Position numbers and translations under genes: made by a program
The notes under the pieces: model-generated
Databases searched by the model: none
What the model was told of the DNA's origin: nothing
Seen by the model: only the letters and a program-made list of their open reading frames with translations
IMG/VR virus record: IMGVR_UViG_3300047321_000298
Span: 181,518 to 245,517 of that record
Direction: 5' to 3' (one strand)
Length of the DNA stretch: 64,000 bases
DNA from: a virus
Taxonomy: Duplodnaviria > Caudoviricetes
Part shown: piece after piece, positions 43,205 to 52,978 of the stretch
Layout of the letters: each line of letters opens with the position of its first letter
Position numbering within the stretch: the stretch's first letter is position 1

Positions 43205-44591
43205 ACTCAGCGTGTACCAGAAGCTTATGCGCCACCGGTTGTTGCTGCTGCACGTGCGTCAAATGCTCGTCTGACTGTAGCTTTTCGAGCGCGGCCTGAA
43301 TACAAACCTCCTGCCACTGGCTAGGAGTCCAAGCGACGCTCTGATCAGCGTGCTCGCGCATCAACTGTTCGATGATATCGGGCCAGTCCTTCAGGATTTT
43401 CTGCGCCATCCGTAGTCTGTTTTCCTGATTGATGTACCCGACCTCGATCACCGAATCGACACGGCCAGGGCGAGTCGAAATGCCGGAACCTTCTTCCTTG
43501 ACAACACCCAGCGCCGGGTCTATCTGCTCGATATGGTTTGTCGTGATGATCAAGAAAACACCGTTCAGCGACGACACTCCAGAAATTTGATTGAGCACAC
43601 AGTCGAAGCTCAGCGACTTGTGCTCCGTCTGGTTCTCGCGTCCGTGGAACACGTTATCGAAGTCTTCGAATAGCGCGATACAGGGAACGTTCATCGACTC
43701 CCAGTGCTCAATGAACTCCTGATCGGACAGTGTGGCCAGATAGAAGTGGTTGATCGGGATTCCAAGATTCTGGGCCACGGCTTTGGCTATGCTCGATTTA
43801 CCAGTTCCTCCCGGACCGTGCAGCAACCAACCACGACGCCATGGAATCTGGCGGTCCAGATACCAGTCACCCATCTGGAGCCAGCGCGAAGCCTGCTCGA
43901 AATACTTCAAGATGCGAGGCTCAAAGAAGAGCCCGTTCAGAGCATCTTCATCATCCCGGATCGCGTAGGTATCCGGCGCATACTTGAATGAGCGATCAAG
44001 CGTCAGATCAGGACGCAGCAATGAGCTTCCGCTGACTGTGTTACCCACCGGGGACGTCTCATCAATATAACCAGAATCGGCCTGCTTCCGCTTATAGTTG
44101 GTGAGAGCAGCGCCCATACCCTTCTCGGAGCCTATGATCTTGCGCACCCAGAAACGAGAATCGCGCTTCTTGCTATTCAGCTTCAGATGCTCATCCCAGG
44201 AGTCGAGAGCGTCCGACGTGAGCTTGTCGAAGTTGATCAGCCCGCGAATCGCCCGGATTTGAAGCTGGCTCGAATCCGCGTTCACGACCATGAACGCGCG
44301 CTTGCCTACGTACACCGAAATCGGAGCCGGGAGCCGGAATGGGACAAGGACTGCGTCCTTGCGTCCGCGCATGGTCGTGACTCGATGCGAAACGTAGTTA
44401 AGCAGGCCAGACGGCAGCGGTTTGTAGTTGCGCTTCAGGTAGGCGTAAACAACCGGCGACAGGTCGTGATCGAAGCTTGCCTTGATCAGCACAAAGCTCG
44501 AAACGTAGCCCATAGCATTCCTAATCTGCTGCCATCCGGCCGTCAGTGCCGCAGCCAACCCACCTAGTCCAAGAGTCGTCAGGTTGATCAT
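43203..44591 (-). CDS. membrane-anchored AAA+ ATPase, BCS1-like
   Basis: N-terminal hydrophobic segment; WRRGWLLHGPGGTGKSS, ALFEDFD, ITTNH...DPAL...RPGRVD; ATG 44591 overlaps the upstream stop. Confidence 0.85.
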   Translation of the reverse strand: MINLTTLGLGGLAAALTAGWQQIRNAMGYVSSFVLIKASFDHDLSPVVYAYLKRNYKPLPSGLLNYVSHRVTTMRGRKDAVLVPFRLPAPISVYVGKRAFMVVNADSSQLQIRAIRGLINFDKLTSDALDSWDEHLKLNSKKRDSRFWVRKIIGSEKGMGAALTNYKRKQADSGYIDETSPVGNTVSGSSLLRPDLTLDRSFKYAPDTYAIRDDEDALNGLFFEPRILKYFEQASRWLQMGDWYLDRQIPWRRGWLLHGPGGTGKSSIAKAVAQNLGIPINHFYLATLSDQEFIEHWESMNVPCIALFEDFDNVFHGRENQTEHKSLSFDCVLNQISGVSSLNGVFLIITTNHIEQIDPALGVVKEEGSGISTRPGRVDSVIEVGYINQENRLRMAQKILKDWPDIIEQLMREHADQSVAWTPSQWQEVCIQAALEKLQSDEHLTHVQQQQPVAHKLLVHAE

Positions 44592-45079
44592 GTGGCGGCA
44601 CCCCATGCCCAGGAGTTCGCTGCGTCATCAGGATGAAACATCGCTTGGCAGATTACTTCGGCCTTGTCCCGGTCCACGATGCTGTAGCGCCGTTCGTGGT
44701 TGGCGAAGCGCGCGTGTGCGTACGCATGCTCCAGAGCATCAGCGTAGGAATCAGCCGATGCGATCAGGTGCGTTGTGTCCTCTTCCACCGTATTCATGTA
44801 CACCAGGAATTTACGGTAACCATCGGTTGTTAGGTCCCGCACCGGAAAGTCAAAGCCATGCGCCGTAAGCGAGGACGGAATCAGACGACCCACAAACTGA
44901 TCACCGTATTTAAATGGTGCCCAATCTGGAGCCTCCACCACTTTGATCATCTGCGAACCCGCAAACTCACCTGAAATCACGGGACCACACAACTGCCCGT
45001 AGAACAGAATGGTGGGCCAGAACTCGCGCGCTAAGGCGTGGTCGGTGTTGGCTACGTAGAAACGAATGTCACTGTTCAT
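44588..45079 (-). CDS. hypothetical protein
   Basis: Coupled between dnaB and the AAA gene. Confidence 0.7.
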   Translation of the reverse strand: MNSDIRFYVANTDHALAREFWPTILFYGQLCGPVISGEFAGSQMIKVVEAPDWAPFKYGDQFVGRLIPSSLTAHGFDFPVRDLTTDGYRKFLVYMNTVEEDTTHLIASADSYADALEHAYAHARFANHERRYSIVDRDKAEVICQAMFHPDDAANSWAWGAAT

Positions 45080-46443
45080 TAGATGTCGGCAGCAAGGTTA
45101 GGGAGGTTTTTACGTTTAGGCTTGATTGATCCGTCTTTGGCGGCCTTTCCATCTTTCGCGCCGGATTCTGGTATCGAGCCTAGTGCGTCATCGTTCGGCG
45201 CGGACTCAACACGCATACGTGCGTAGTCCATACGAACCTTGAACTTGAAGCGTCGTGAGTTACGCGACTTCGGCTGATCAATCTCCATGATCCCGGTCTC
45301 TTTGTTATCTTCCGTTGCGACCCAAATCCATGAATTGTTCGAGTGTTCGGAGATAGCGCGGGAATACCGAATCTTGCCGGTCTCGTCCACCTGGCAGAGC
45401 AGAATGTTCAGCCGGTCTTCAGCACCTGCGTTGATCTTGCCGTAGCGTGCTGTTGACGACAGTGCACGCCACATATCATCGCCATCGGTGCCCTTGAGCA
45501 GCGAGATATAGTCCACAATCGTCGCATCGTAGTCAAACGCAGATGTCGCGGCGTAGACCTCTTCCAAGGTCATGTCCTCTTCTGGTTTGTAGATGGTGTA
45601 GCGCCCCCCGGCTTCCCGCACCTGACGCATCCACCGCTTCATCCGCTTCTCTGCGAGCGCCTTCTCTCCAGTCGCTAGCCCCTGAGTCAGAATCGACGTT
45701 AGATCGTAGCCCGTGATGTTAGCCATCGCGCGGCACGTCATTTCGTCTTCAGTCATTTCGAGGGGAACGACGAGGACGCGGTAACCCCGCATAGCCATAC
45801 CCAGAGCCATCGCATTTGCCATCAGCGATTTACCACCGCCTGAGTTCGCGCCGATTGTCACGAGCGACCCGCGCGTGAACCCCTTCGCAACTTCGTCAAA
45901 GGCTTCGATGGTTGAAGGGATAATCTGCTCTGACCGATCATCGTAGAGAATCGACTTGATGCGGCCCAACGAATTGTTGTTCACACCGAAGTGAACGAAC
46001 GATTGCTTGCTGGACTTTCTCGAACGTGCGTCGCTTAAGCTCAGCGAAGTCTGTTCGAGCAGTTGATCAATATCTACTTTGGAGGCTTGCATCGAATCAT
46101 TAATCGATGCAGCGATGTTGAAAAGACTACGCGCCTGTCTATACTTATTTAACGACGCTACGGCTTTATTCGCTTCGGGGATCGTTGTGACTACAGCTTC
46201 TGAATCCCGCAAGTGCTGACGTGCACCCTCGCTTAGCCCCGGGTCATCAATCATCAATCTGTAGGTCGGGGATTCGCCAGTGTCCTTCATGTGCTTGCGA
46301 ATCGCGTGGTACACCTCTACAGATTCGGGGAAGTGGAAATACGATTCGTCAATCTGACCCAAGATCGTACCGGCGATTCGCTTATCCCTGTTGCAGGCTC
46401 CCCGAAGCACTGCCAGTTCAACTGACGGTCTAGCCAGCTTCAT
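45079..46443 (-). CDS. dnaB: DnaB-like replicative helicase
   Basis: IGANSGGGKS Walker A, PLEM (H1a), IVDYISL (H2), LCQ (H3), KSRN. Confidence 0.9.
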   Translation of the reverse strand: MKLARPSVELAVLRGACNRDKRIAGTILGQIDESYFHFPESVEVYHAIRKHMKDTGESPTYRLMIDDPGLSEGARQHLRDSEAVVTTIPEANKAVASLNKYRQARSLFNIAASINDSMQASKVDIDQLLEQTSLSLSDARSRKSSKQSFVHFGVNNNSLGRIKSILYDDRSEQIIPSTIEAFDEVAKGFTRGSLVTIGANSGGGKSLMANAMALGMAMRGYRVLVVPLEMTEDEMTCRAMANITGYDLTSILTQGLATGEKALAEKRMKRWMRQVREAGGRYTIYKPEEDMTLEEVYAATSAFDYDATIVDYISLLKGTDGDDMWRALSSTARYGKINAGAEDRLNILLCQVDETGKIRYSRAISEHSNNSWIWVATEDNKETGIMEIDQPKSRNSRRFKFKVRMDYARMRVESAPNDDALGSIPESGAKDGKAAKDGSIKPKRKNLPNLAADI

Positions 46444-46473
46444 GCATACCTCTTGTGAACAAGTCTATATTCT

Positions 46474-46965
46474 TTATTTACTGCCGCACGCGGGTTCGTC
46501 GCAAACCACGACATATCGACCGGGCGGAGACATCAGGTGCATGCCCCAGATGTCATATCTGTAGTGAACGTGTCCCGCGTGTCCCGAAAGGCAGAGGAAC
46601 ACATCAACGTTCAGGTTCCTGTCCACGATGTCGGACGCAGTGTTATTTGACGCGTCACACACGATCAGGAAGTCATACAGTTTGCGTTGGTTCTGGAAAC
46701 TCAAACAAACATCCCTCATCTCGAAGATGATAGTTTTGCGTGTTATGTCGTCGTTCAGGTCGTAGCGGCGGGCGTCGTAGACTTGCTTCAGTAGCTCCGG
46801 AAGTTCGAGGTCTGGGACCGGAGGGAGAACCGCAGCGACAGGGGGTTTTTCTGGTGGCAGCACAAACGGTGCCGCCTTGAGTGACGCATCCTGCGCTGAT
46901 ACTTTGAGCGACGCAACGGCAGCGGGAATAGCAGCCAGCATCTGGATAAATGATCGGCGTTTCAT
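46474..46965 (-). CDS. Tat-signal protein containing a tail-sheath C-terminal-like domain
   Basis: ATG 46965 (TAATG coupling, AGGAA RBS): MKRRSFIQMLAAIPAAVASLKVSA signal; DLNDDITRKTI...QNQRKLYDFLIVCDASNNTASDIVDRNLNVDV parallels the sheath C-terminus. Confidence 0.7.
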   Translation of the reverse strand: MKRRSFIQMLAAIPAAVASLKVSAQDASLKAAPFVLPPEKPPVAAVLPPVPDLELPELLKQVYDARRYDLNDDITRKTIIFEMRDVCLSFQNQRKLYDFLIVCDASNNTASDIVDRNLNVDVFLCLSGHAGHVHYRYDIWGMHLMSPPGRYVVVCDEPACGSK

Positions 46966-47240
46966 TAGTGTTCCTTGTTTATGTACGCGTCGAGAGGCGG
47001 TGTCACGACCGGGGCATCTACAAGCTTTGCGAAGTTCGACACAGAGGTGGTGTCGGGCGCAGAGCTTAAGAAGAGCCACGACAGTCCGAACTCCTTTGCG
47101 AACAGAGCGTTGAACCACTCGTTGTAGGCTTTGACCGCTTGGGTGAACGCTGGAGTCGCTACTGCAGCAGCCCACCAGCCGCGTCCGACACTGCGCTTCA
47201 GGCGCGTGAGGTTGCGTCGCTTAATCGAACGGATGTTCAT
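46965..47240 (-). CDS. hypothetical protein
   Basis: 91 aa, basic N-terminus. Confidence 0.55.
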   Translation of the reverse strand: MNIRSIKRRNLTRLKRSVGRGWWAAAVATPAFTQAVKAYNEWFNALFAKEFGLSWLFLSSAPDTTSVSNFAKLVDAPVVTPPLDAYINKEH

Positions 47241-47277
47241 TCGATAACCCTGCTGAAATCAGTGTCTGTCACGTTCA

Positions 47278-48027
47278 TCAAATAATCTCCACGCGTCGGC
47301 GTAGCAGAGCCTCGCTGAAGTAGGCAAGCGCGTTGATTGGTGTGTACAGCTTCGTGCTGTGGAACGAGATGGGGTCTTCCCCGGCAGACACGACGATGCG
47401 CGGAATCTTTTGGAAGCGCTCGATCAGATCGCGTGCCTTGTCGAGCTTCACGGTCGTAGCGTTGGGCGTCAGATTCGAGATGACGAGAATGGTCGGGTCG
47501 CGTTCTTCGTCACCGTGCTCCTTGTCGTACTTCCGCATGATCGGGTTTTCGAATCCGCCGTACAGCGTCGCCCACTCGATGCGTGCGTCTTTCACCTTCG
47601 CTAGGTGAATCGACAAAAGATAAGCTGCGAACAGCTTCGCTTTGGTGTCGTCCGGAGCACCTGACACCCCGTAGATCATCGGGGCGGCCGGGTCTTCCAT
47701 GAACAGGGACAGCGAGTCGTTCTGAACTCGCGCCTCGATCACCTTTTCGTTCAGCTTCTCCGATTCGAGACCGAACGGAGTAGGGTCCCATTTGAAGGCA
47801 GGAATTGCCCACACGTGACCCGGAACGCAGCGGCGCAGTGTTTCGGTTTGCTTAACTGCAATTCGCGTTGGCAGTTGCGTGTCAGAAACCTCTACAGCGG
47901 GCTGCGGCCTCTTGGTTGAGGTGTCGATAACCGCCTCATCTTCAGGGCGGTAGGCAGGAGCTTTTGACGGGGCCTTGCGGCCTTGGTACACGCGGCGCTG
48001 CGGTGCGCCCCCTTTGACTTCGTTCAT
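47278..48027 (-). CDS. putative degenerate DnaC/IstB-like helicase-loader
   Basis: IYGVSGAPDDTKAK (degenerate Walker A), TILVISNL (Walker-B-like strand), two genes from dnaB. Confidence 0.4.
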   Translation of the reverse strand: MNEVKGGAPQRRVYQGRKAPSKAPAYRPEDEAVIDTSTKRPQPAVEVSDTQLPTRIAVKQTETLRRCVPGHVWAIPAFKWDPTPFGLESEKLNEKVIEARVQNDSLSLFMEDPAAPMIYGVSGAPDDTKAKLFAAYLLSIHLAKVKDARIEWATLYGGFENPIMRKYDKEHGDEERDPTILVISNLTPNATTVKLDKARDLIERFQKIPRIVVSAGEDPISFHSTKLYTPINALAYFSEALLRRRVEII

Positions 48028-48851
48028 GGTTCAATGGTCAGGATGACGGACTCATCCAAGTAGAAGTGCGGTTTGACGAGCGCCTCGGAAAATCTGGAAA
48101 GCTGCGGATAAGCAAAGGTCGCGGTGTCTAGGAGCAAGTTGAGCAGTTCCGGTCTATCCGACGATACGGTCCACAACGTCGGCGTATCTCTATGCAGCCG
48201 GATGCCGACAGATATCTCTTGGTTGTAAGAGAAGCTATTGAACGTCAACGACATCTGTACGTACTCTTCCGGTGCCAACACCTTGAGGTCGCTCAAGCGA
48301 GGCAAACGACCCTTACGACTCGAACGGAGGTCTGCCAGTGGTGCGTACAGGTGTCGGCACAAAGCGATTTGCTGTTCAGACTCGATACCGTCAAAGGTGT
48401 GCTGTCGCGTCTCGATCAAGTCTCGGACGGCCCACGACACGATGCCCAGCGTCTTCATCAGGATGTAGGTCAGGGGAATCGTCGGGTAGGGCGAGTACCC
48501 CGACCGCGTGACGAGGTTTTCCCCGTAGACTCGAAAACCGTAGTCTGCAAACCGCGAGAGCGCGATCACGTTGTAACCAAGGTCTCGTGCATCATCTATA
48601 GCGCCCATCGTCAGTTCACGCGTATCCGGGAAAATCTGCCGAACCACGTCACTCATTGAATAATGGTGGCTGAGGGGCGATTCGTCGTCGTAGTACAGAT
48701 AAAGGAACTTCGACAGAGAACGTATCGAATGAGCGTGCTTTGACGGGATGAAAAAGTTGATGCCTGGCTTGGCTCGCTCTGTCGGTTGAACGTTTACGAC
48801 GTTGGCAACAGATGGCACGCCCAGATACTGCGGACTGATGAGGTCGAGCAT
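48024..48851 (-). CDS. hypothetical protein
   Basis: 275 aa, GGAG RBS, AGTAAATA upstream. Confidence 0.7.
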   Translation of the reverse strand: MLDLISPQYLGVPSVANVVNVQPTERAKPGINFFIPSKHAHSIRSLSKFLYLYYDDESPLSHHYSMSDVVRQIFPDTRELTMGAIDDARDLGYNVIALSRFADYGFRVYGENLVTRSGYSPYPTIPLTYILMKTLGIVSWAVRDLIETRQHTFDGIESEQQIALCRHLYAPLADLRSSRKGRLPRLSDLKVLAPEEYVQMSLTFNSFSYNQEISVGIRLHRDTPTLWTVSSDRPELLNLLLDTATFAYPQLSRFSEALVKPHFYLDESVILTIEP

Positions 48852-48867
48852 TAGAATCTCCAGTTGT

Positions 48868-49056
48868 CTACTTACTATTTACTCGTGCCAACTGGATTAA
48901 TTGCCAGATTCCGTCGTTGACGCTAGACCCCTTACTCAGGGCCTTGAGAAACTGCTGCTCGTCGTCGGAGAGGTACACCGCCACCCGCTTCCTGCCTAGC
49001 TCATCCTGTTTCTGCTTCCACGCGGCTGCTTTTCGTTGACTGTGGTTTAATCCCAT
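48868..49056 (-). CDS. small putative DNA-binding protein
   Basis: ATG 49056: MGLNHSQRKAAAWKQKQDELGRKRVAVYLSDDEQQFLKAL, an RHH-like pattern. Confidence 0.5.
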   Translation of the reverse strand: MGLNHSQRKAAAWKQKQDELGRKRVAVYLSDDEQQFLKALSKGSSVNDGIWQLIQLARVNSK

Positions 49057-50576
49057 CCTGCGGTTTCCTGTTGATCCTTTGACCGGAAATACGAATTCAG
49101 TACCTCCGTATCTGAGTCGGATATGATCGGCTTGAACTTCGGCCGCACCACCTGATACCACTCCATCTGAAGACACCTACGGCGCACCGGCATGTCGTCC
49201 AGGAAATAGCGTGTGAGCGGATCAGGCTTGTCATCCCAAGGTGTCAGGACGCGCGCCGTGCGCTGTTCGCAGTTTTCCTTATTTGAGGACAACGAAACAT
49301 CGTAGAGACAAGAAGCGCGGGGGATGTTGGTGCCGGTCGATAGAAGCTTGAATGAGCCAACGAGCACCTTGATCTTGTAGGTACGTGCCCACTCAAGAAA
49401 ATCATCCCGGTCCTTCTTCTTCAGCGAACCAATGAACGGCTTCGCTATCTCCTTGCCCGCAATCTTGTTGATCGCCAAGACCAGCGCCTTGATTGGCTTG
49501 ATCTGAGCCATCGGTATCAGGATCATGTGTCCGTTCTTTGCGTCTCGAACCGCCCACTCTGCAATCAGCTTCAGACGTTCGGGGTTATTCTCCAGGTTCG
49601 AGACCAGACGAACCCACGGAACCATACCTTTGGCCTTGAACTGGTACTTCGTTCTGACAAGCCGCACGCGGGGTCGCAGGCGTTCAACCTTAGCCTCAAA
49701 TATGATGGGACCGACCAGGTTGCGCATGATCACGTAGCGTCCGTCCTTACGCGAGGGTGTGCCCGACAGACCAATCAGGTAGCGCACGTTCATCGAAGAA
49801 ATCACTTTCGCGTACTTCGGCGCGGCTCCAGTGTGAATCTCGTCAATGATCATCACCGTGAACATGTCGCGGATTTCGCGCAGCAGTTTTTGTCCCTTCT
49901 CCGAGAGGAACGTTTGCGGAGTCACGAGACACACGTCGTATTTCTCGAACTCTTCAAGTGTCTTGCAGAACCCGATTTGCGAAGGCTTGCACGAGGTCAG
50001 CGCCTTCTGGGTGTTCGATCCGACGAAGGTTTCCCGGAATCCGTTTAGCCACTCGCGCTGGCTCGCAACGATGATCGTCTTCGACGCCAGATCGCAGGTT
50101 GCGGCGGCTCCAATCACAGTCTTGCCCGAACGGGGAGGGGCCTTGATAACCCCGCGCATCTTTTCGAAGATCGCATCAACCGCGTCATCCTGAAACGGCT
50201 TGAGCGTGCCCGTGAACTTGAACGGGCGTTTCATCGGAATGTCGGGAGTGTGATTCTTGATCTTGAACTGAAGCCCGTTGCGCTTCAGCAGCTTCAGGAA
50301 GTTGGGCTTGTCACCGGCCGGTGCCTTGATGTACTTCTTGCCCTTGATTTCGACACTGGACGCCAGGTCTGCGCCACCTTTAAACGCTGCGCACTGATCG
50401 CAGATGTCCAGATGCTTATCGTACGATGCGCGTCGCTCATCTCCGAACTCACAACCGTCACATGCCTTTTCCTCGTAGAAGCGAAAGCTGTACTTCTGGA
50501 CAATCTCCTTGCGTACTTCGATGGGTATGAAATCTTTTCGAACCAGCAACGCTTCACGATGATGGACTGTGATCAT
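49047..50576 (-). CDS. SF2 DNA helicase (UvsW/XPB-like)
   Basis: LKPFQ Q-motif, APPRSGKT, IIDEIH, GLSGTP, STGTNIP, QRTARV. Confidence 0.9.
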   Translation of the reverse strand: MITVHHREALLVRKDFIPIEVRKEIVQKYSFRFYEEKACDGCEFGDERRASYDKHLDICDQCAAFKGGADLASSVEIKGKKYIKAPAGDKPNFLKLLKRNGLQFKIKNHTPDIPMKRPFKFTGTLKPFQDDAVDAIFEKMRGVIKAPPRSGKTVIGAAATCDLASKTIIVASQREWLNGFRETFVGSNTQKALTSCKPSQIGFCKTLEEFEKYDVCLVTPQTFLSEKGQKLLREIRDMFTVMIIDEIHTGAAPKYAKVISSMNVRYLIGLSGTPSRKDGRYVIMRNLVGPIIFEAKVERLRPRVRLVRTKYQFKAKGMVPWVRLVSNLENNPERLKLIAEWAVRDAKNGHMILIPMAQIKPIKALVLAINKIAGKEIAKPFIGSLKKKDRDDFLEWARTYKIKVLVGSFKLLSTGTNIPRASCLYDVSLSSNKENCEQRTARVLTPWDDKPDPLTRYFLDDMPVRRRCLQMEWYQVVRPKFKPIISDSDTEVLNSYFRSKDQQETAGWD

Positions 50577-51043
50577 TTTGCAGAAATCGTTAGCGTGATA
50601 GATGACGCGTTCGTTATGTTCTTGATGCCTTGGAGATTGGCACCTGTGAAACGGACTTTCACGGGAGCCTGTGCGTTGGTCAGAGTTGAGTCCGCTACAG
50701 CCTCAAGCGTGAAGTTGAGCGAAGTCCAGCCCTGCACGATCCGCTCCTGAGTGGATGCAACATTTGCGGCCAGCGCCAGAGCCAGGACCAGTGCATCATT
50801 ACCAGTCGCCACGATGTTTTCGCCCTTGTACTGCTTGGCTAGGGCCTTGACGAACGACAGAAGCGCACCCAGATCGTCGGTTGACTGAAGGTCTGAGTTC
50901 AGCGACAGCACATACACGCTGGTCTTTTTGTTGACTTCGATTGACCCGACGAACGACGCGTTACCTGTGTTCATCAACGCGTAGTAACGCGAAGAGCTTG
51001 GGTCAACTGCTAGGGCAGGGCCCGAAAGAATGGAATAGTTCAC
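50573..51043 (-). CDS. hypothetical protein
   Basis: Coupled ORF. Confidence 0.65.
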   Translation of the reverse strand: MNYSILSGPALAVDPSSSRYYALMNTGNASFVGSIEVNKKTSVYVLSLNSDLQSTDDLGALLSFVKALAKQYKGENIVATGNDALVLALALAANVASTQERIVQGWTSLNFTLEAVADSTLTNAQAPVKVRFTGANLQGIKNITNASSITLTISAK

Positions 51044-51507
51044 GGTGTCACCTTGGGATTACGTGAGAAACGCACTTTGTTGACTCGCGATTTCTCGACT
51101 TCTTTTGAGTTGCCGAACCTGTCAATCTTCTCCAGGGTGCCGGTTGCAGTCACCGACTCCACTTCAAAGTGACCTTTCGGTTCGAGCGTCACAATTGCCT
51201 GATATGAGTTGCCGTGCAACCGAACTTCGATCTGCTCGTGCTCTGCCAGGTAGTACGGCGCGAAGTAGTACAGCAGGTAGGACATGTGCTGGTACAGACG
51301 CTGCTCCTGTGTATCGATAACCAGCAGTGAGTATTCGGCGGGGCCTTGAGCCGATGGCGACTCGATGATCATGGCCGATGAGAACAATGCCAGTTCGCGC
51401 CGATAGCCGAACTTGGTTTCGTACTCTGTGTACTTCCATAGGTGCGCCGTGGTCTGATCCGCGTGCTCCAGGAAGTGGTTGAAGAAGTTTCTGAGATTGG
51501 TGCCCAT
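51040..51507 (-). CDS. hypothetical protein
   Basis: Coupled ORF. Confidence 0.65.
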   Translation of the reverse strand: MGTNLRNFFNHFLEHADQTTAHLWKYTEYETKFGYRRELALFSSAMIIESPSAQGPAEYSLLVIDTQEQRLYQHMSYLLYYFAPYYLAEHEQIEVRLHGNSYQAIVTLEPKGHFEVESVTATGTLEKIDRFGNSKEVEKSRVNKVRFSRNPKVTP

Positions 51508-51510
51508 AAA

Positions 51511-52005
51511 TCACCCGTGCTTATGAATAGTTCCAGCGAAGCCGTTCATCCGGGCAGTCGTCAGAGTTGCGGCCATCATTCGGTCCAGGAACGTTGATCT
51601 GTAGTAGTCGAACTGAGAGTCGATCACGTACATCAATGCAACATCTCCGCGAAGCCCCCGGGGAGAGGTCAGCATCGTATCGGCGTTATAGATGACGATC
51701 TGTTTGTTAATCTCTAGGGCCTCCGCGCGCTTACGCGGCTTGGACACGAACAGGGACAGATGTTCGTCTGCAAAGCGCGATTTGTAGTGTTCGTACAAAC
51801 TCTCAAGCAGCGGGGCCGCATCGTTGGAAGCACCCAGCATCAACGGGATAGTCACTCGATCTGCGAACGGGTTGTGAAGGAACGCATCGATTTCTGCGAT
51901 CAAGACGCTGAGCGTTTCTGCTACATCAGAGGAAGTCCGATCCGCGACGCTTGGTCCTGCCACCACGTGATCCACCTTTTCGTAGGTATGTGCAGAGGCA
52001 CTCAC
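51511..52005 (-). CDS. hypothetical protein
   Basis: Coupled ORF, AGGAG RBS. Confidence 0.65.
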   Translation of the reverse strand: MSASAHTYEKVDHVVAGPSVADRTSSDVAETLSVLIAEIDAFLHNPFADRVTIPLMLGASNDAAPLLESLYEHYKSRFADEHLSLFVSKPRKRAEALEINKQIVIYNADTMLTSPRGLRGDVALMYVIDSQFDYYRSTFLDRMMAATLTTARMNGFAGTIHKHG

Positions 52006-52421
52006 TTCGGCTCCTTTGCGCGCGCCGCGTCAACGGAGGCGTCGAAACACTCCGGAAATTTTGGCTCCAGCTTGGCCCCGATGAAATACTCGACATGCTT
52101 GTCTTTTACGGGGACTTTGACGAACACAGGCTTGCCCTGGCGAATCCAGCGATACCGCGCCGCGTCTTTCGCTTCGTCTGCTTGCTCGCGGGATGGGGCA
52201 CGGCGGTTCCAGCGCTCCAGCGCAGCAGTTCGGGATTCGCCCAGTACGGAAGCGTCGCAACCGCCTGAAGGTGCTGTGCAATGCGCGCCCCATATAGACC
52301 GAGATGTCGTGAGCGGGTAAAGAAAATCCGGGTCGTCCATTTCGGGCTGAAACCCGCAAAACGGGCACGGTTTCAGTTCCACGCACTGCGCGGTAGATTG
52401 GGATTGGGTCGTGGTCATCAA
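52002..52421 (-). CDS. Lar-family restriction-alleviation-like protein
   Basis: ELKPCPFCG ... HC...GC ... AALERWNRRA. Confidence 0.7.
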   Translation of the reverse strand: MMTTTQSQSTAQCVELKPCPFCGFQPEMDDPDFLYPLTTSRSIWGAHCTAPSGGCDASVLGESRTAALERWNRRAPSREQADEAKDAARYRWIRQGKPVFVKVPVKDKHVEYFIGAKLEPKFPECFDASVDAARAKEPK

Positions 52422-52975
52422 ATCACCTTGGAGCCTTTCGAACCGTCCAACATGACGATCATTTGAGTCATGTTGGACATGTGGTAGGAAGCCTTGTCTA
52501 TGTCGTTCACGATCTGATCAAGCATGTCGATCAGGGCGGTGGCTTCTGTGGTAATGGAGCGTGCTGACTTCTGTACCCGCTCGATTAGCGCGTTGCGTGA
52601 CTCAGCGTTTGAGAACGCGCGCATCTCTTCCATGTACGTCGTCAGTACGTGGTTCTTCAGTGCCTTGCACGCGTCCTCCAGGCTATCCAGATGGACTTTG
52701 CAACGCACACGTATTTCCACAAGACGTGCGCGACTGGACATGTCGTTCGCTGCGGCTTCCAACATGATCTTTGGGCTGAACTGCTTTTTGCCGTGAATCT
52801 GCCGAGACAGCCGGTTCATCATCAGAGCCAGCGCTTCTTCGCGATACTGTTCGATCTTGAGGTAGGTGCGGGCCGTCTTAACGATGTTTCGGAACGTCGA
52901 AAAAGCATCGTCTTGGCGTATGGTGTCGAACAGCGAATCCAGATCGAAATCTTCGTTTCTAGAACTGCGTGCCAT
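52418..52975 (-). CDS. helical protein, possibly a UvsY-like recombination mediator
   Basis: All-helical 185 aa near the UvsW-like helicase; function inferred only from context. Confidence 0.4.
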   Translation of the reverse strand: MARSSRNEDFDLDSLFDTIRQDDAFSTFRNIVKTARTYLKIEQYREEALALMMNRLSRQIHGKKQFSPKIMLEAAANDMSSRARLVEIRVRCKVHLDSLEDACKALKNHVLTTYMEEMRAFSNAESRNALIERVQKSARSITTEATALIDMLDQIVNDIDKASYHMSNMTQMIVMLDGSKGSKVI

Positions 52976-52978
52976 TAA

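Noticed and set aside
46966-47175. 70-aa N-terminal extension of the 46474 ORF given in the track
   Set aside because: It overlaps gene 46965-47240 in another frame; ATG 46965 has an RBS and exposes the Tat motif.
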